This document shows, piece by piece, positions 47,315 to 58,880 of a DNA stretch of 64,000 bases. This stretch comes from Elsinoe ampelina (lineage: Eukaryota). The stretch lies in NCBI GenBank assembly GCA_010093995.1, contig ML992504.1, forward strand, positions 1,330,885 to 1,394,884, read 5' to 3'. The position numbers were made by a program, and so were the translations under genes. The notes under the pieces are model-generated. The model was not told where the DNA came from, ran no database searches, and saw only the letters and a list, made by a program, of their open reading frames with translations. The first letter of the stretch is position 1; every line of letters starts with the position of its first letter.

Positions 47315-50300
47315 ATGGCTGCCACCGAACGATTATACCAGCACAGGTCGCCACATAGCGCTGGCGTACCAGTACAGTCAAGCTCAGTACCTTCGACGCC
47401 ACATCAACATCCTCGAGACCTTCAATTTCGAGCACGGTCACCATCTCCAGGGCGGGGCCTTGGACCTCGTTCGCCACGAGCCAATGCCGCGAGGCCTCCG
47501 ACTTCTGTTCCGCAGCAAACACAACCAGTAGTCTGCAAGTTTGAGACTGGCGCAGAGTTCAGGAAAAGACGGATACCTTACAAAGATGGCGGGAATGATC
47601 CACTCCCATCACCAAAGACCCAACCGAAGACGGCCCTCGAGCCCGATGAGGAAAATAAGCTTAGTGGGGATATGCGCGAGCTCTACGACCGGATATTACC
47701 TTCAGACGAGTCCGAGGAGCGGCGGGCCAAGCTGGTCAAGAAGCTGGAAAAGATCTTGAACGATGAGTGGCCCGGTAACGACATCAAGGTGAACGTCTTT
47801 GGATCGTCAGGAAACTTGCTGAGTTCGAGCGACTCTGATGGTATGGATGCAACTTGCTCAACGCAACACTTGTCGCATGCTGACGAGTTGCAGTGGATAT
47901 TTGTATTACTACCTCATTCAAGAAGCTGGAATCCATGCACAGTCTGGCTACTGTTCTGCATCAACGTGGGTGGGACTAACCTTTTGCCAATTCAAGCGCT
48001 AATGGCAAGCAGATGGCATGGAACGAGTCGTCTGCAGGGCTGCGGCAAAAGTACCCATTGTAAAAGCTTGGGATCCAGAGCTACAACTTGCATGCGACAT
48101 GAACATCAACAATACCCTCGCGCTGGAGAACACGCGAATGATCAAGACCTATGTCCAGATCGATGATCGTGTACGACCACTTGCGAAGATTATCAAATAC
48201 TGGACGAAGCAACGGATATTGAACGACGCGGGTATGTTGGACGTACAAACTTTCAAGAATAATCTACTAACGTACTGTACTAGCGTACGGCGGCACCATT
48301 TCTTCTTACACATGGATCTGTATGATCATCAACTTCTTACAAACTCGAAATCCACCAATACTACCATCTTTACAAAAGCTAGACCAATCATTACGTTCGA
48401 CCATTGACGGAAAGCGATCAGAGTTTGCAGATGACTTACCAAAATTGCAAGGGCACGGCAAGGAGAATAAGGAAAGCCTGGGCACACTGTTGTTCTGCTT
48501 CTTCCGCTACTACGGTTTCGAACTGGACTACCAGACTTATGTCGTCTCGGTCAAGGAAGGTCGACTGCTTTCTCGAAAGGAAAAGGGCTGGAATCCAGAC
48601 AACTATCAAGACAAGGAGGCTCGGACACGGCTTTGTGTCGAAGAACCGTTCAACACCATCAGAAATCTAGGAAACTCTGCGGACGATTACGCTTTCTCGG
48701 GAATACATGAGGAGATTCGACGAGCTTTTGGTCTCGTTGCCGAAGGAAAACTGGACGAGTGCTGTGCAGAATTTGTCTTCCCACCAGAAGAGAAGCCATT
48801 ATTTCAGCGACCACCGCCGAAACCAAAGCCGACCTTGACGAGAAGTGCATCTCAGTCCGCGGGAGGAGGAGGAGGAGGAGGCAGCAGTTGCAGTGGACGA
48901 TCACACGCTGCGTCCGTTGGAGCAAAGGGAGGAGATCGAGAGCACCGGAATAACAGGACCAGCTCGAGCCACAGGGGTAACAACCGGCGAGCTTCAAGCG
49001 GTGCAGCATTTGGCAATCCCAGGTTCCAGTTCATGAGCCCACCCATCGGTATGAACGGAGGAGATTACTTTGCGAGCTCTCAGCCCATCCCGAACGATCA
49101 ATTACATGAGCAGCTGTACAAGCAGTATCAGTTTTTGCAAGCTCAGCAGGAATTGCTCAGAGCGCAGCTTCTGCAGCAGCAGCAGAGTCATACGCAACTA
49201 CAGGCAGCACAAGCTCAAGCACAGGTTCAAGCGTACCAGCAGGCACAAGTCAAAGCACAAGCACAAGCGCATGGGACACGGACAGCAGAATATTCAACAG
49301 CATCACCCAGGCAGCGGCAATTTGCGAATAGCTTGTCAAGTCCACGCACGCTTGACAATCCGCCAAATACAGCACCACTTTTACCAGGATATTTGTACCA
49401 CTATCCTGCTCGGTATCCAGGTCCTGGATCACCTTTATCGCACAACAGATCTCAGGATGGTACTATGACAGATCCTTCCTCACCCTCCGTCAGCTCGAAC
49501 ATGTCCTCAGCGCGACGAGGGACGAGAGCGTCACTGCCTGAAGGCAACAACGCCGCTTCAGCCAGATCCCAGTCCCAGCCTGGACGCACTCTGCACAACC
49601 CACTTACGCTACAAAGTCTGGTCCATCCTGGCTACGATGTGTCAGGTGCCATCGGTATGCCTGTGTTGAGTCAGCAGCAGTTACGACTGTATCAGCAACA
49701 ACAAAATGGCTACGATCTCACGAGCCCGATGTCACAAGGTTTCTATGACGCCGCTATGCCCAAAGAATATGTCGGATACTTCATGGGTCAGTCTCCCCAG
49801 CTCATGCCACAGCAACATCTGCAGCAGCAACATGTGCCTATCCTGCACGACGTAACACCGCGGCCGAAGCAGTCCACTGAGCAATTTCCGCCCGCGCTGG
49901 CGAACGGCTCTAGGCGCCAGTCAAGATCGCCGTCGCCATTGGAGCAGAGGCGGAGCTCTTCAGTCTCAACCAATGCTCGATCTGCTCCTCTGCCTCAGAT
50001 GCCCTTCCCAGAAGTCGCCAAGAAACAGAGGAAACAGCCACGGCCAGTCGAGGATGGGCCAGTCATTGTTAATGGCTCCACACCCAAGTCTGTGCAGACT
50101 GGCCCCGCCATTGTAAGCTCATCAGCAGCATCAACGCCGGCCAAGACAAATGGCTCAATCAATGGGCTTGGTCTGGACCGGTCCGAGAACCAACAACCTG
50201 TTTCCGAGCCACAGACACCGGAACGCAAGTCAAGGCTCCCGCCCGCCATCGTCGGCTCCCAACGCGCCATGCCCGGTGACGGTGCTGCTGTCAATGTCTC

Positions 50301-50964
50301 CAATATGGAGCCTAATCTGGCAGTGAAGCATTCCCCTCCAACCAAAGATGGCTCTACGCCGAATGGACACTGTCATACGAACGGTCTTGGCACGAATCCA
50401 TGGCAGTCAAGTCCTGCCATGTCCCCTTCAGTGCGGGCTCGGCCGCCGCCGCCTCTCAACTTATCGCCCAATGCTGCACCGGATGAGTCCGGTCCGTCTC
50501 CTGCCGACACACGGTCCACCCAGATTTCGCCCTTGGTGACTGCTCCCCTCCTCAGCCCGGTCGCGGAGCTGCAGACCCCATCGCCTACATCATCGAGGGG
50601 CAACAACAGTCCCAAGAAGGATGGACGAGATACAGCGAGGAGCGTGCAGGTCGCCAATGGTAGACTCAACGAGCGTGTCAATTCTGTCATGACCAACGGA
50701 TCCGGAAATCACCACGGCACGGCGTTGTCATATGGTCAACTTCCACCTCCGCCCAAGCCGCTTGGCATCGGAGAGACGTTGGCCCAGAAAGGAGCCTTAC
50801 CTGCTCAGCCAGGCCAACAACCTGTTCAGCAGCCACCACAATGGCAACATGCCACCCGCAAGCATAGGAAAGGCAAAAGCCAAGGCAGCGTGAAAGAGCT
50901 GGGTCAGCGCAATGGGACCGGGGAAGTCATGCCCGCTGACGAAAGCGAGCGCAAAGGAGGATAA
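47315..50964 (+). CDS. Cid1/Cid13-family non-canonical poly(A)/poly(U) polymerase with PAP-associated domain and Q/P/S-rich tail
   Basis: VFGSSGNLLSSSDSD|VDIC nucleotidyltransferase motif, AKVPIVK.WDPELQLACDMNINN, GGTISSYTWIC, LCVEEPFNTIRNLG; three introns around 47840-48280. Confidence 0.9.
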
Positions 50965-51458
50965 GAGAATGGCTCGACAGCGCAAGACGGAGCACAGACT
51001 GTATGGACTTCACAGATGGTCCAAAACGGGATCGGAGTTGGTTCATGGGATATGGCATGGGATGATAAAAAGAAGCGAGCTCTTGTTTTGGGAGCGCCAA
51101 AATTCATGTATGATCAGTGAATGTCGCTGTGGAAAGGGAGAAGGGTCTGGATCATCTATCTTTCCGTAGGAAATGTGAATGGAGGATATGAGAGATCTAG
51201 ACATTTGGGTGGTTGTGTCGGATGTTTGCTGAGTTGTAGGGTGATGGGGTGTGGTAGGTGAGTGGCGGCAGGTAAGCTCGGCTTCGAAGAACATGCGCCT
51301 CAACCCACATTCTCTCTTCTTCCTCCAAATCACATCTCAATTTTCACGGTAACACATTACATCTCTCAGACTTGTTTTGTCTGGCTCACATGATGCCGAC
51401 GGCGCACTTGCGTGCGCCAGTCCATGATGATCGCGACCAATACCGGTGAGCGACGTCC

Positions 51459-52386
51459 TTGGTAGTATATCCGAGATCCTGGCTGACCACGCATAGACTC
51501 ACGCTCTCCGACGAACATGCACTCCAAGGACCATCCGAGCGCCAACAAGCTGGTAGGAATTCGCCCCGGTCACCACCCGCCGCTGTCACAGCTGTGATGG
51601 CCAGTCCGTACCTGGTCGAAATGATCCTATCAGGCACACGAATGGAAGATCTGCTGCGCTGCATGCGTGTTTGCAAGGACTGGAAGCACTTGATTGACAG
51701 AACTACCAGGCTGCAGCAGAAACTTTTCTTGGCACCGATCGAGAAGCCTTTCCGATTCGTGGTCGATGCCTCTGCGCCTGGGTACGTCTTCCGTGTCAAC
51801 AGGATCGTGTATCCCCCTGAGGCTCTCGAAGGTCATGAGGTGGTGGAGGGACACGTGAGGCATTCGCTACTCACTGCGGCAGCGCGTGGAGTCTCCTGGG
51901 CCGAGTTTGACTGTCTTGAGGATATGGAGTCTCTTGAGCGGCCTGCTGAGCCGCCAAATGAGCCATCGTGGACAAACATGTTCTTGACACAACCGCCAGT
52001 CAAGAGAGTCTCTGTGGAATGGTGGAACACGAGGTCCGGCTTAAGCTTGGGCGGACTATGACATTGTCTGTGGTCCGGAAGAAGTTGGTCTGAAGTGGGG
52101 CTTTGTCATGGCAGAGCTGGTGAAGAGGAATGAGAAACGGTTCCAGAAAGGAATTGGTCTGATTGACAATCTACCTGATGACATCAGACCAGATGATAGC
52201 TCCGTTCGGGAGCAGGACGAAGAGCAGGTGTGGGAGACGAATTGGCGTCCAACTTTCGAAATCAACGAAGAGAGGGGAAAGACAAGAGCCGTGGTAGTAG
52301 AGCGCAGGGAAGCAGCGGAGGACTCCTTCGACTTCCTCTTTAGCCCGTGCGGTCCTGAGGTGTCTGGTATAAGGGTGGAGATCTGA
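51459..52386 (+). pseudogene. F-box array member 1, frameshifted near 52040-52060
   Basis: ASPYLVEMILSGTRMEDLLRCMRVCKDWKHLI..LQQKLFL and SWTNMFLTQPPV. The family's G..W motif (GLKWGFVMAEL) continues in a different frame (ORF 52108..52386). Confidence 0.65.
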
Positions 52387-52780
52387 GCGGGTGTTTGCTT
52401 CCCGCTAATAGTCAGGGCGTGAGGAGAGTAGGCAGGAGCAACGAACGGAAGGTACGTACGTATGGGCAGGCAATCACACGTCTCTAAATCAATGTTGTCA
52501 TGTGATCGAGTCCACATTTGTCTTTGCCGCATTTCTGATTTACCGATTTCAGGCTTCTCTACAACCTCTCTCTCAACCACGACTCACACACCACCTCATA
52601 AACACCACGCACTCGCAGAACTCTCCAAGATCAGCGTCTGTCGCTTGACGATCTTTCATCCACGACTCGCATCACAGCCAAGATCGCTGTCGCTCACTGC
52701 ATCTCACTTCACTTGAACTACCAGAAATCAACAGAACTTCTCCCTTCCCACCACAAATCACACAACACACACACAAAGCC

Positions 52781-53410
52781 ATGGCCGACAAAGAAGAAAA
52801 ACAAAGCGAGGCGGTAGCCGGATTCATGAACAACACATATCTTCTCGAGATGGTCTTGCGCCATCTGCCCATGCAGGATCTGCTTCGCTGCCAACGCGTG
52901 GCCAAGGACTGGAAGGCTCTGGTAGGATCTTCGAGGGCGCTGCAGAGCAAGTTGTTCTTGTTACCCGTCGAAGAAGAGATTGCGGTTGTTGTTCCCGACC
53001 GTGAGGCAAACGAAAACCTCATCTGTGACGAATGCACCAAAGATTTGAGAGTCATCCACCCACCTCTCTGCTTACATGGGACCAAGATCTTGAGCGGTCG
53101 TATCGTTCATCCACTTCTTGTTGATCAAGGAGGTATCCTACCCGCCATCGGAAGTCTGGAATTCATACACCTCAGCGAAATACTGGACAATATGTCCAAA
53201 GAGCCAGACATGTCTCAAGCATGGGCAGAGATGTTTGTCACGCAACCACCATGTAAGACTGTCACGCTCTGGGATCGTGAGGAGATGGTCACAGGGAGTT
53301 CTATCGTACTCGGGGCCGAGGATGAAGGCGATTTCGTGCGTTGGAGACAGGTGTTTGATTGTATCCAAGAGTTGGAGGATGAGAGTGGTGAGAATTTCAT
53401 GAAGCTGTAA
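52781..53410 (+). CDS. F-box array member 2
   Basis: NTYLLEMVLRHLPMQDLLRCQRVAKDWKALV..S..LQSKLFL, HPLL, AWAEMFVTQPP, VRWRQV. Confidence 0.8.
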   Translation: MADKEEKQSEAVAGFMNNTYLLEMVLRHLPMQDLLRCQRVAKDWKALVGSSRALQSKLFLLPVEEEIAVVVPDREANENLICDECTKDLRVIHPPLCLHGTKILSGRIVHPLLVDQGGILPAIGSLEFIHLSEILDNMSKEPDMSQAWAEMFVTQPPCKTVTLWDREEMVTGSSIVLGAEDEGDFVRWRQVFDCIQELEDESGENFMKL

Positions 53411-53633
53411 ACAAGAACCTGACAGCTAACTCGATTGCAGAGCATCACTATCTTTCCAAAAAGCAGAATCCTTCATACATGAGTCATTACGACTGGTTCA
53501 TGACTCTCGACAACGATTGTTATCCTATCTCTGAGGAAGCCCCTTTGTTATCGCTCAGTCGGTCATGCACAGGTTGTGGGACGGCAATCAGACATATGGT
53601 GATGCAGGTGTAGATTCCTGAGTAGCTCATAGA

Positions 53634-53885
53634 ATGGTGCGAGTCTGTAGGGATTGGAAGGATATTAGCGGCCGGGACACCTGCATACAGCGAAACCTTT
53701 TCCTGGCACCAATGGACAGCGCAGTCATTGTACCAACTATCAACAGCTCACACACACAGCCCCATCTTCGCCATAATGAAGCTCCTGTGACCAAGTCAGA
53801 CGGGTCCCTCGACTCGAACGTGTTGTGCCTCCGAGCCTCGCTGACCATGACGAAGTGGCAAGATCGTCAACTCGTTTGCTGGTAG
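53634..53885 (+). pseudogene. F-box array member 3, truncated remnant
   Basis: RVCRDWKDI..RD..IQRNLFLAP matches the second half of the sibling F-box; the first half and the C-terminal motifs are missing, with an early stop. Confidence 0.55.
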
Positions 53886-54480
53886 TTACATACACGCAAT
53901 GCCTCATGTCAACGCTCTCTCCCAAGTATTCCCAACATCAGTCCGAGAATACTCAATTGTCGCAGATGACCATGGTGCTGTCTCAGATGAGCATCGAACA
54001 AGAATCTTGAAGTCCGCAGCCCACATCCCGCGGCTCCCGCCCGTGTCGGCACCTCGCGCTTATCGCGGCTCCAACCTCCACCGACAACACGGTGTTGCGA
54101 CAGTAGGCCCAGCATAATATACAGTTATCCGCGTCAGCGGGCTCGGTATCCGTGGCCGTCAAATATCGATTCCTTGCTTGGTTGTCGATAGAGATGCGGG
54201 AATGATCCCTTCCGGTCAAGCAGAGGCCACATGCACAAGGAACATGAAGATCATGAGAGAAGCACGATGGACCATGGGAAGGGAGAGACTGTGTTGTTTG
54301 GTACATGATGTCCATGCTTGTAGTGTATTCTTCTTTGCAAACGACTGATACCCTCTGCTCCGTTCTCGTTCTAATTTCATGCCAAATCGCTGTGATGGCG
54401 AGGATCCAGGCGGATGCACCACCTCCTGCATGGGGTGGGACGAGCTAGCGCTCTTGAACTTTGTGGGTAGCTCCAGCTTC

Positions 54481-55299
54481 CTAAGTCTTGCCAACAATGT
54501 GGTGAAATGGTAAATCACACCACCCACACAGCGTTCCTTCGTCGGGATGCGGTTCGCAAGATATCAACGTGGTGTTCTCGAGGTTGAAGGTGATCTCCAA
54601 GACATATCCAGCGATACTGAGGGGATTATCGACGTCCTCGTGGTAAGGGGTATCGATACCCCTGCTTTGCATCTTGCCGTTGCTCCATTTGAAAGGTTTC
54701 TGCCTCTTGCCCCGCTTTACCTCGTCCACCGCGGTGACGAGATCTGCCCAGGTGACTCCAGTGGCGATGTCGAGGGCGAAGTCGCCCGAGAATGCGATCT
54801 CGCCGAGTCGACCTTGAAGTTTTATGCCGACCTTCTGAATAGGTGGCTGCGTGATGAACATGTGAAGTGCAGAAGTGCCCTCGGCCTTTGGGTGGTCGAG
54901 AAGCTGCACATCACTGGCCTCCAGATTGACGATGCCTGCATGTCGTTCCTCGAGTGGATTGAAGAGCAAGGGGTTGAGAACGTACCCATTTGCCACAACC
55001 CCTGGGTCTTGTAGCTCGAGAGGTGGGTACAACTGAGTCCCGCACCAGCAACTTCTCTTGAGCCGGCGTCGCCGGCCCCTTCTGACATGTTCGAACAGTC
55101 GCAATGCGACCGGCTTGGCTTCGTACTTGCTTGGCTCCAGGAACAACTTGCGTCGAAGTGACAGCGAGGATTGGATCGTACCATTCCAGTCACGGCAGAC
55201 GCGCATGCAGCGCAGGATGTCTTGTGTCGGGAGACGGGACAAGATCATCTCGCTGAGATATGGATTGGACACCACATCGCGAACGGCCGGTAATACCAT
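54481..55299 (-). CDS. F-box array member 4
   Basis: VVSNPYLSEMILSRLPTQDILRCMRVCRDWNGTIQSSLSLRRKLFL, NPLL, MFITQPPI, GVTWADL. Confidence 0.82.
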   Translation of the reverse strand: MVLPAVRDVVSNPYLSEMILSRLPTQDILRCMRVCRDWNGTIQSSLSLRRKLFLEPSKYEAKPVALRLFEHVRRGRRRRLKRSCWCGTQLYPPLELQDPGVVANGYVLNPLLFNPLEERHAGIVNLEASDVQLLDHPKAEGTSALHMFITQPPIQKVGIKLQGRLGEIAFSGDFALDIATGVTWADLVTAVDEVKRGKRQKPFKWSNGKMQSRGIDTPYHEDVDNPLSIAGYVLEITFNLENTTLISCEPHPDEGTLCGWCDLPFHHIVGKT

Positions 55300-55613
55300 G
55301 GCTTCTCTCGCAGTCCTCTGGATGGGACGTCAGATACGTGAGCTTTTCGGGATGGCGTGAAATATCGATCGCGGTTGGAACTGTTGTATGGCGAAACGAG
55401 CGAGGCTGTCTAGAGTTTCCCTTGGGGATGGATTGTTGAGAAGCGCAAGGTTGTCGCACGGCAGGCGAGTGTGAAGGTAAGATGTGGAAATGTGGCGGAG
55501 GTAGAGTCAAGCAGATTTTGGTCTGAATGCTGGAATTTTGAAGGACTCACAGACCAATCACACGCCCTTCACATGCTCGCGCGATCTGGACAAGGGCTTC
55601 GCTCCATTTCCTC

Positions 55614-56462
55614 TCATGATGTAAATGGCCGATCTGGATTCCAGCAAGGCCTGCCAATCCGTTGTGCCTCCCTACGCGTACCTTCAGTCGCCACCACGTC
55701 GTTTGGTATAATCAGTCCCTCAACCCAGTATCTCCTGCTCGGCCCCGGCAATTGGCAAATCACTCCATGAACATAGCCGTGCCGGTCCTCACGCCTGCCC
55801 TCCTCCCATCCATCTTTACCGTCCACCAGCACAAGCTGTCTCTGGTCGATTTTGCCGGTGAGTGTTGACACAACATCAGCCCACCTGATACCCCCGCTAT
55901 CCACCTGCTGTTGAACATGTAGATCCCAGTCGTCAAAGCCCAGATCGCCGCCAACAAGTGCGATATGGACTTGCGACACAGGCGGCTGAGTGATGAACAT
56001 TCTCTGCCAAGACTGCCCCTCCTTGTAGCTTTCGACAAGCTTGCGTGCTGATGTTGATCCCCAGTAGAGTCCTAGTCCGTGAAGCGACGACGACTCGAGT
56101 GGGGGCTTCCCAAGCAATAGTGGATGTGTTTTGTATGGGATCTTGACGTCAGCGTGCCCTTCGATGTGTTGATCGTCCGAGTAATCGGTATCAAATGATA
56201 GACACCGTTCCTCGAAGAAAGTATGCAGAGTTTCCGGGTCGGCCTTCGCGCTCGTCGGCTTGAGAAAAAGACGCTCCTGCAGCTCCGAGCTGCGGTCAAT
56301 GAGATGCTTCCAGTCCTTGCAGACTCGAACACAGCGTAGGATGTCTTGCGTGGGTAGCTTTGTGAGGACGGCAACAACAAGATATGGGTTAGCGATGACT
56401 TCGTCCTGTGCTGGATGTGTGGTGGCAGGGTCCTCCATTGGTAATGGCTGTGTCGCGGCCAT
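55614..56462 (-). CDS. F-box array member 5
   Basis: VIANPYLVVAVLTKLPTQDILRCVRVCKDWKHLIDRSSELQERLFL, HPLL, SWQRMFITQPPV, GIRWADV. Confidence 0.82.
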   Translation of the reverse strand: MAATQPLPMEDPATTHPAQDEVIANPYLVVAVLTKLPTQDILRCVRVCKDWKHLIDRSSELQERLFLKPTSAKADPETLHTFFEERCLSFDTDYSDDQHIEGHADVKIPYKTHPLLLGKPPLESSSLHGLGLYWGSTSARKLVESYKEGQSWQRMFITQPPVSQVHIALVGGDLGFDDWDLHVQQQVDSGGIRWADVVSTLTGKIDQRQLVLVDGKDGWEEGRREDRHGYVHGVICQLPGPSRRYWVEGLIIPNDVVATEGTRREAQRIGRPCWNPDRPFTS

Positions 56463-56733
56463 GACTAGCAGCGAGGTGTGGATAATTAGACCGTTGTTAT
56501 AGTAATCTTCAGATAGTTGTGGTAGTTGTGTGGCATGGGGGGAGGCGCAGTCCATGGAGTTGCAGCCGGCCGGGGTAAATTTGGGTATTTTTTTTCCCCA
56601 GGCATCAAGGTCAGCGCAGCTTATTCACGTGGCTGCCTACCTGCTGAGAAAGCGTTTACATTCGAGCCAAAACGCGGCCAATAAATACCAACTATGAGAA
56701 CCATGTTTGGACCTCGTCCGCCATCTCATGGCC

Positions 56734-57537
56734 TCATCCTTTAATATCTCCAACCTCCCGAACCAAGCGTGCGACGTCCCTACCACAAAAGAAGCACATC
56801 GAAGGTTGTACTGGATGCGTTCTGTCATACAGGAGGTAGCTGGTCTTCGATTCAAATTGCAGCCAGCGCTTCGGAGACTCCGTGCGCGACCGCATAGACC
56901 TGCGTAGGGATCGTGTTGATGTCCACTTCGTCAAACCTTTCACAGGGTGTATCCCGAAACGTGAAGCCGCTTCTTCGAAGAATTGACCCCAGGTGATGCC
57001 GCTGGTGGACTCGACCGAAAAGGTGACCGACGTACATGTCGGGGAAGAGTCGAAGCCCCACAGAGTGGCCGTTATCTTTTCGACGGGAGGTTGTGTCAAG
57101 AACATGTTGTACCAAGAGGGCTTGTGCTGGACATTGTGAAAATAGCTGGTAAGGACATCGCCATCCTCGGATAACCCTGCGAGCCCGAGGAAGCTGTCGC
57201 AACGATCGACTTGGCGAACAAGTAATGGATGTGTGATTTGAGCATCTCTCAGAACCACCTCGATGCCGCTGAAGCGCTCCGAGGACGGTAGGGTGGCTGG
57301 ACAAGGACCATAGCGGTGAGAGCGATCCTGGCGGAAAGGGAAGCTGCCAATTGGGGCAATAGGGAAAAGGAATAGCTTTTGTTGCAGTTTCCTCGAATGA
57401 CCAATGTAATGCTTCCAATCTTTACATATCCGCTGGCACCGCAAGAGATCCTGCATGGGAAGGTGCTGAAATACCATGTCTATAAGATAGGGGTCGTTGC
57501 AGATGTTCTTGTCCATGTCTGCGCTGCTGTTGTTCAT
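56734..57537 (-). CDS. F-box array member 6
   Basis: ICNDPYLIDMVFQHLPMQDLLRCQRICKDWKHYIGHSRKLQQKLFL, HPLL, SWYNMFLTQPPV, GITWGQF. Confidence 0.82.
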   Translation of the reverse strand: MNNSSADMDKNICNDPYLIDMVFQHLPMQDLLRCQRICKDWKHYIGHSRKLQQKLFLFPIAPIGSFPFRQDRSHRYGPCPATLPSSERFSGIEVVLRDAQITHPLLVRQVDRCDSFLGLAGLSEDGDVLTSYFHNVQHKPSWYNMFLTQPPVEKITATLWGFDSSPTCTSVTFSVESTSGITWGQFFEEAASRFGIHPVKGLTKWTSTRSLRRSMRSRTESPKRWLQFESKTSYLLYDRTHPVQPSMCFFCGRDVARLVREVGDIKG

Positions 57538-57926
57538 TTTCAGAGGTCGTGCACTGGCACGCAAACCACGAGTTGCTCTTGTGAAAGACCGAGTATTAGT
57601 CCTAGAAGCCGAGTTGACAGCACTGGCAACAACGTGAAAAGGCTAGAAAAACAAGTAGGTTCGTAGTCCAGAGAAGCTCCGAAGCTTGTGTGAGATGCTG
57701 CACTGTATCTTTCAGATTGCCTTCTTCGCCATTCTACGCGACAACAAGCCCGCGCCGTTTGCCAAAATCGTCTGCCTCGTGTTAGAGATTCTTTACCAGG
57801 AAGGTCTCGTCCGTGCTGCAGAGAGATTGGTGCGAAAAGTCGGGTTTCTGTATGACAGCTGGGCGTCTGCCGCCTTGGGGTATGCTTTGCTAATCTCATG
57901 ATTTTGCATACCACAGCCCTGTTCTC

Positions 57927-58438
57927 CTAATTGTCGTTGAGAAGGTCTTCCAGATCATCATCATCCCACCCACCCTTCCTACGCTGCACTGTGACCGTCT
58001 CTTTCTTCTCTTGCTGTTCTGACAGTTGGCCAAGCAGGTCCTTCAGTTGTTCCTCGGTGACCTTTTGTCGCAGCTGACCTGACCTGGCGAGCATGATGAG
58101 GCGATTTTCGACGTCTTCGGCACGAGAGGCTTTGACGAGACGGATTCTGCCCAGGCGATCAAGAGCGTCTGGTTCTAAGATTTGATTGAGGGTGGATTGT
58201 CTCGCTTCTGTTTCTCTTTGTCTAGTATTCGATCAGTACAAGGTCATGGAATCGCGCCGCCATCGCTCACCTTTGCTGTTCTTGCTGACCTTCATCTCCC
58301 CCTCCTCCCTCACCACCCTGCTGCTCTCGAAGCTGTTGCAGTCGCGCTCGACGAATCTAGACTACGGTTAGTTGCTAAGCCTCAGGCCGCAAGTAGCTGT
58401 CGAAGTCGACATACCTCTTCCAAATCTGCGTCGCCCAT
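57927..58438 (-). CDS. PDCD5/Sdd2-like double-stranded DNA-binding domain protein (3 exons; not in the ORF track)
   Basis: Manual splicing gives MGDADLEE|IRRARLQQL...QQR|QRETEARQSTLNQILEPDALDRLGRIRLVKASRAEDVENRLIMLARSGQLRQKVTEEQLKDLL...RRKGGWDDDDLEDLL. Confidence 0.9.
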
Positions 58439-58880
58439 CGCGTTTGATAAATATTTGTTGTATGGCTGCTGTGGGAGGAGGAAAAAAGAGCTTGCCTATT
58501 CTGGGAAAATTAACCCCGCGGTCGGAAATAGGCTTGGCGACGACGAGCTCCTCACTCTATCCACGCCTCTTTCTCCTCTGCACCAGCCGACTTGGGCAAA
58601 CGTTCCCTCGAAAGGATCCTTGCGGGTCAATTCTCCATGTTCTCCATACGGTCGTTCGCTGACTTGGCTGGAACAGTGAGAGCACCTTATCATTGGTCGT
58701 AGCTATCTCGACCCCTCAGTTGTCTGCCCGCTCCCCTCCATGTGGTCCATCGAGACGCAGATGGCATGTGATGAGGTAATGTGCTACCTCTGTGTTATCA
58801 TCAAGGTATAGATACATATCAGAGACTCCCCAAGCAAGACTTGCACCTTCTTCCCATTCCTCCCACATTCGTCAACGACC

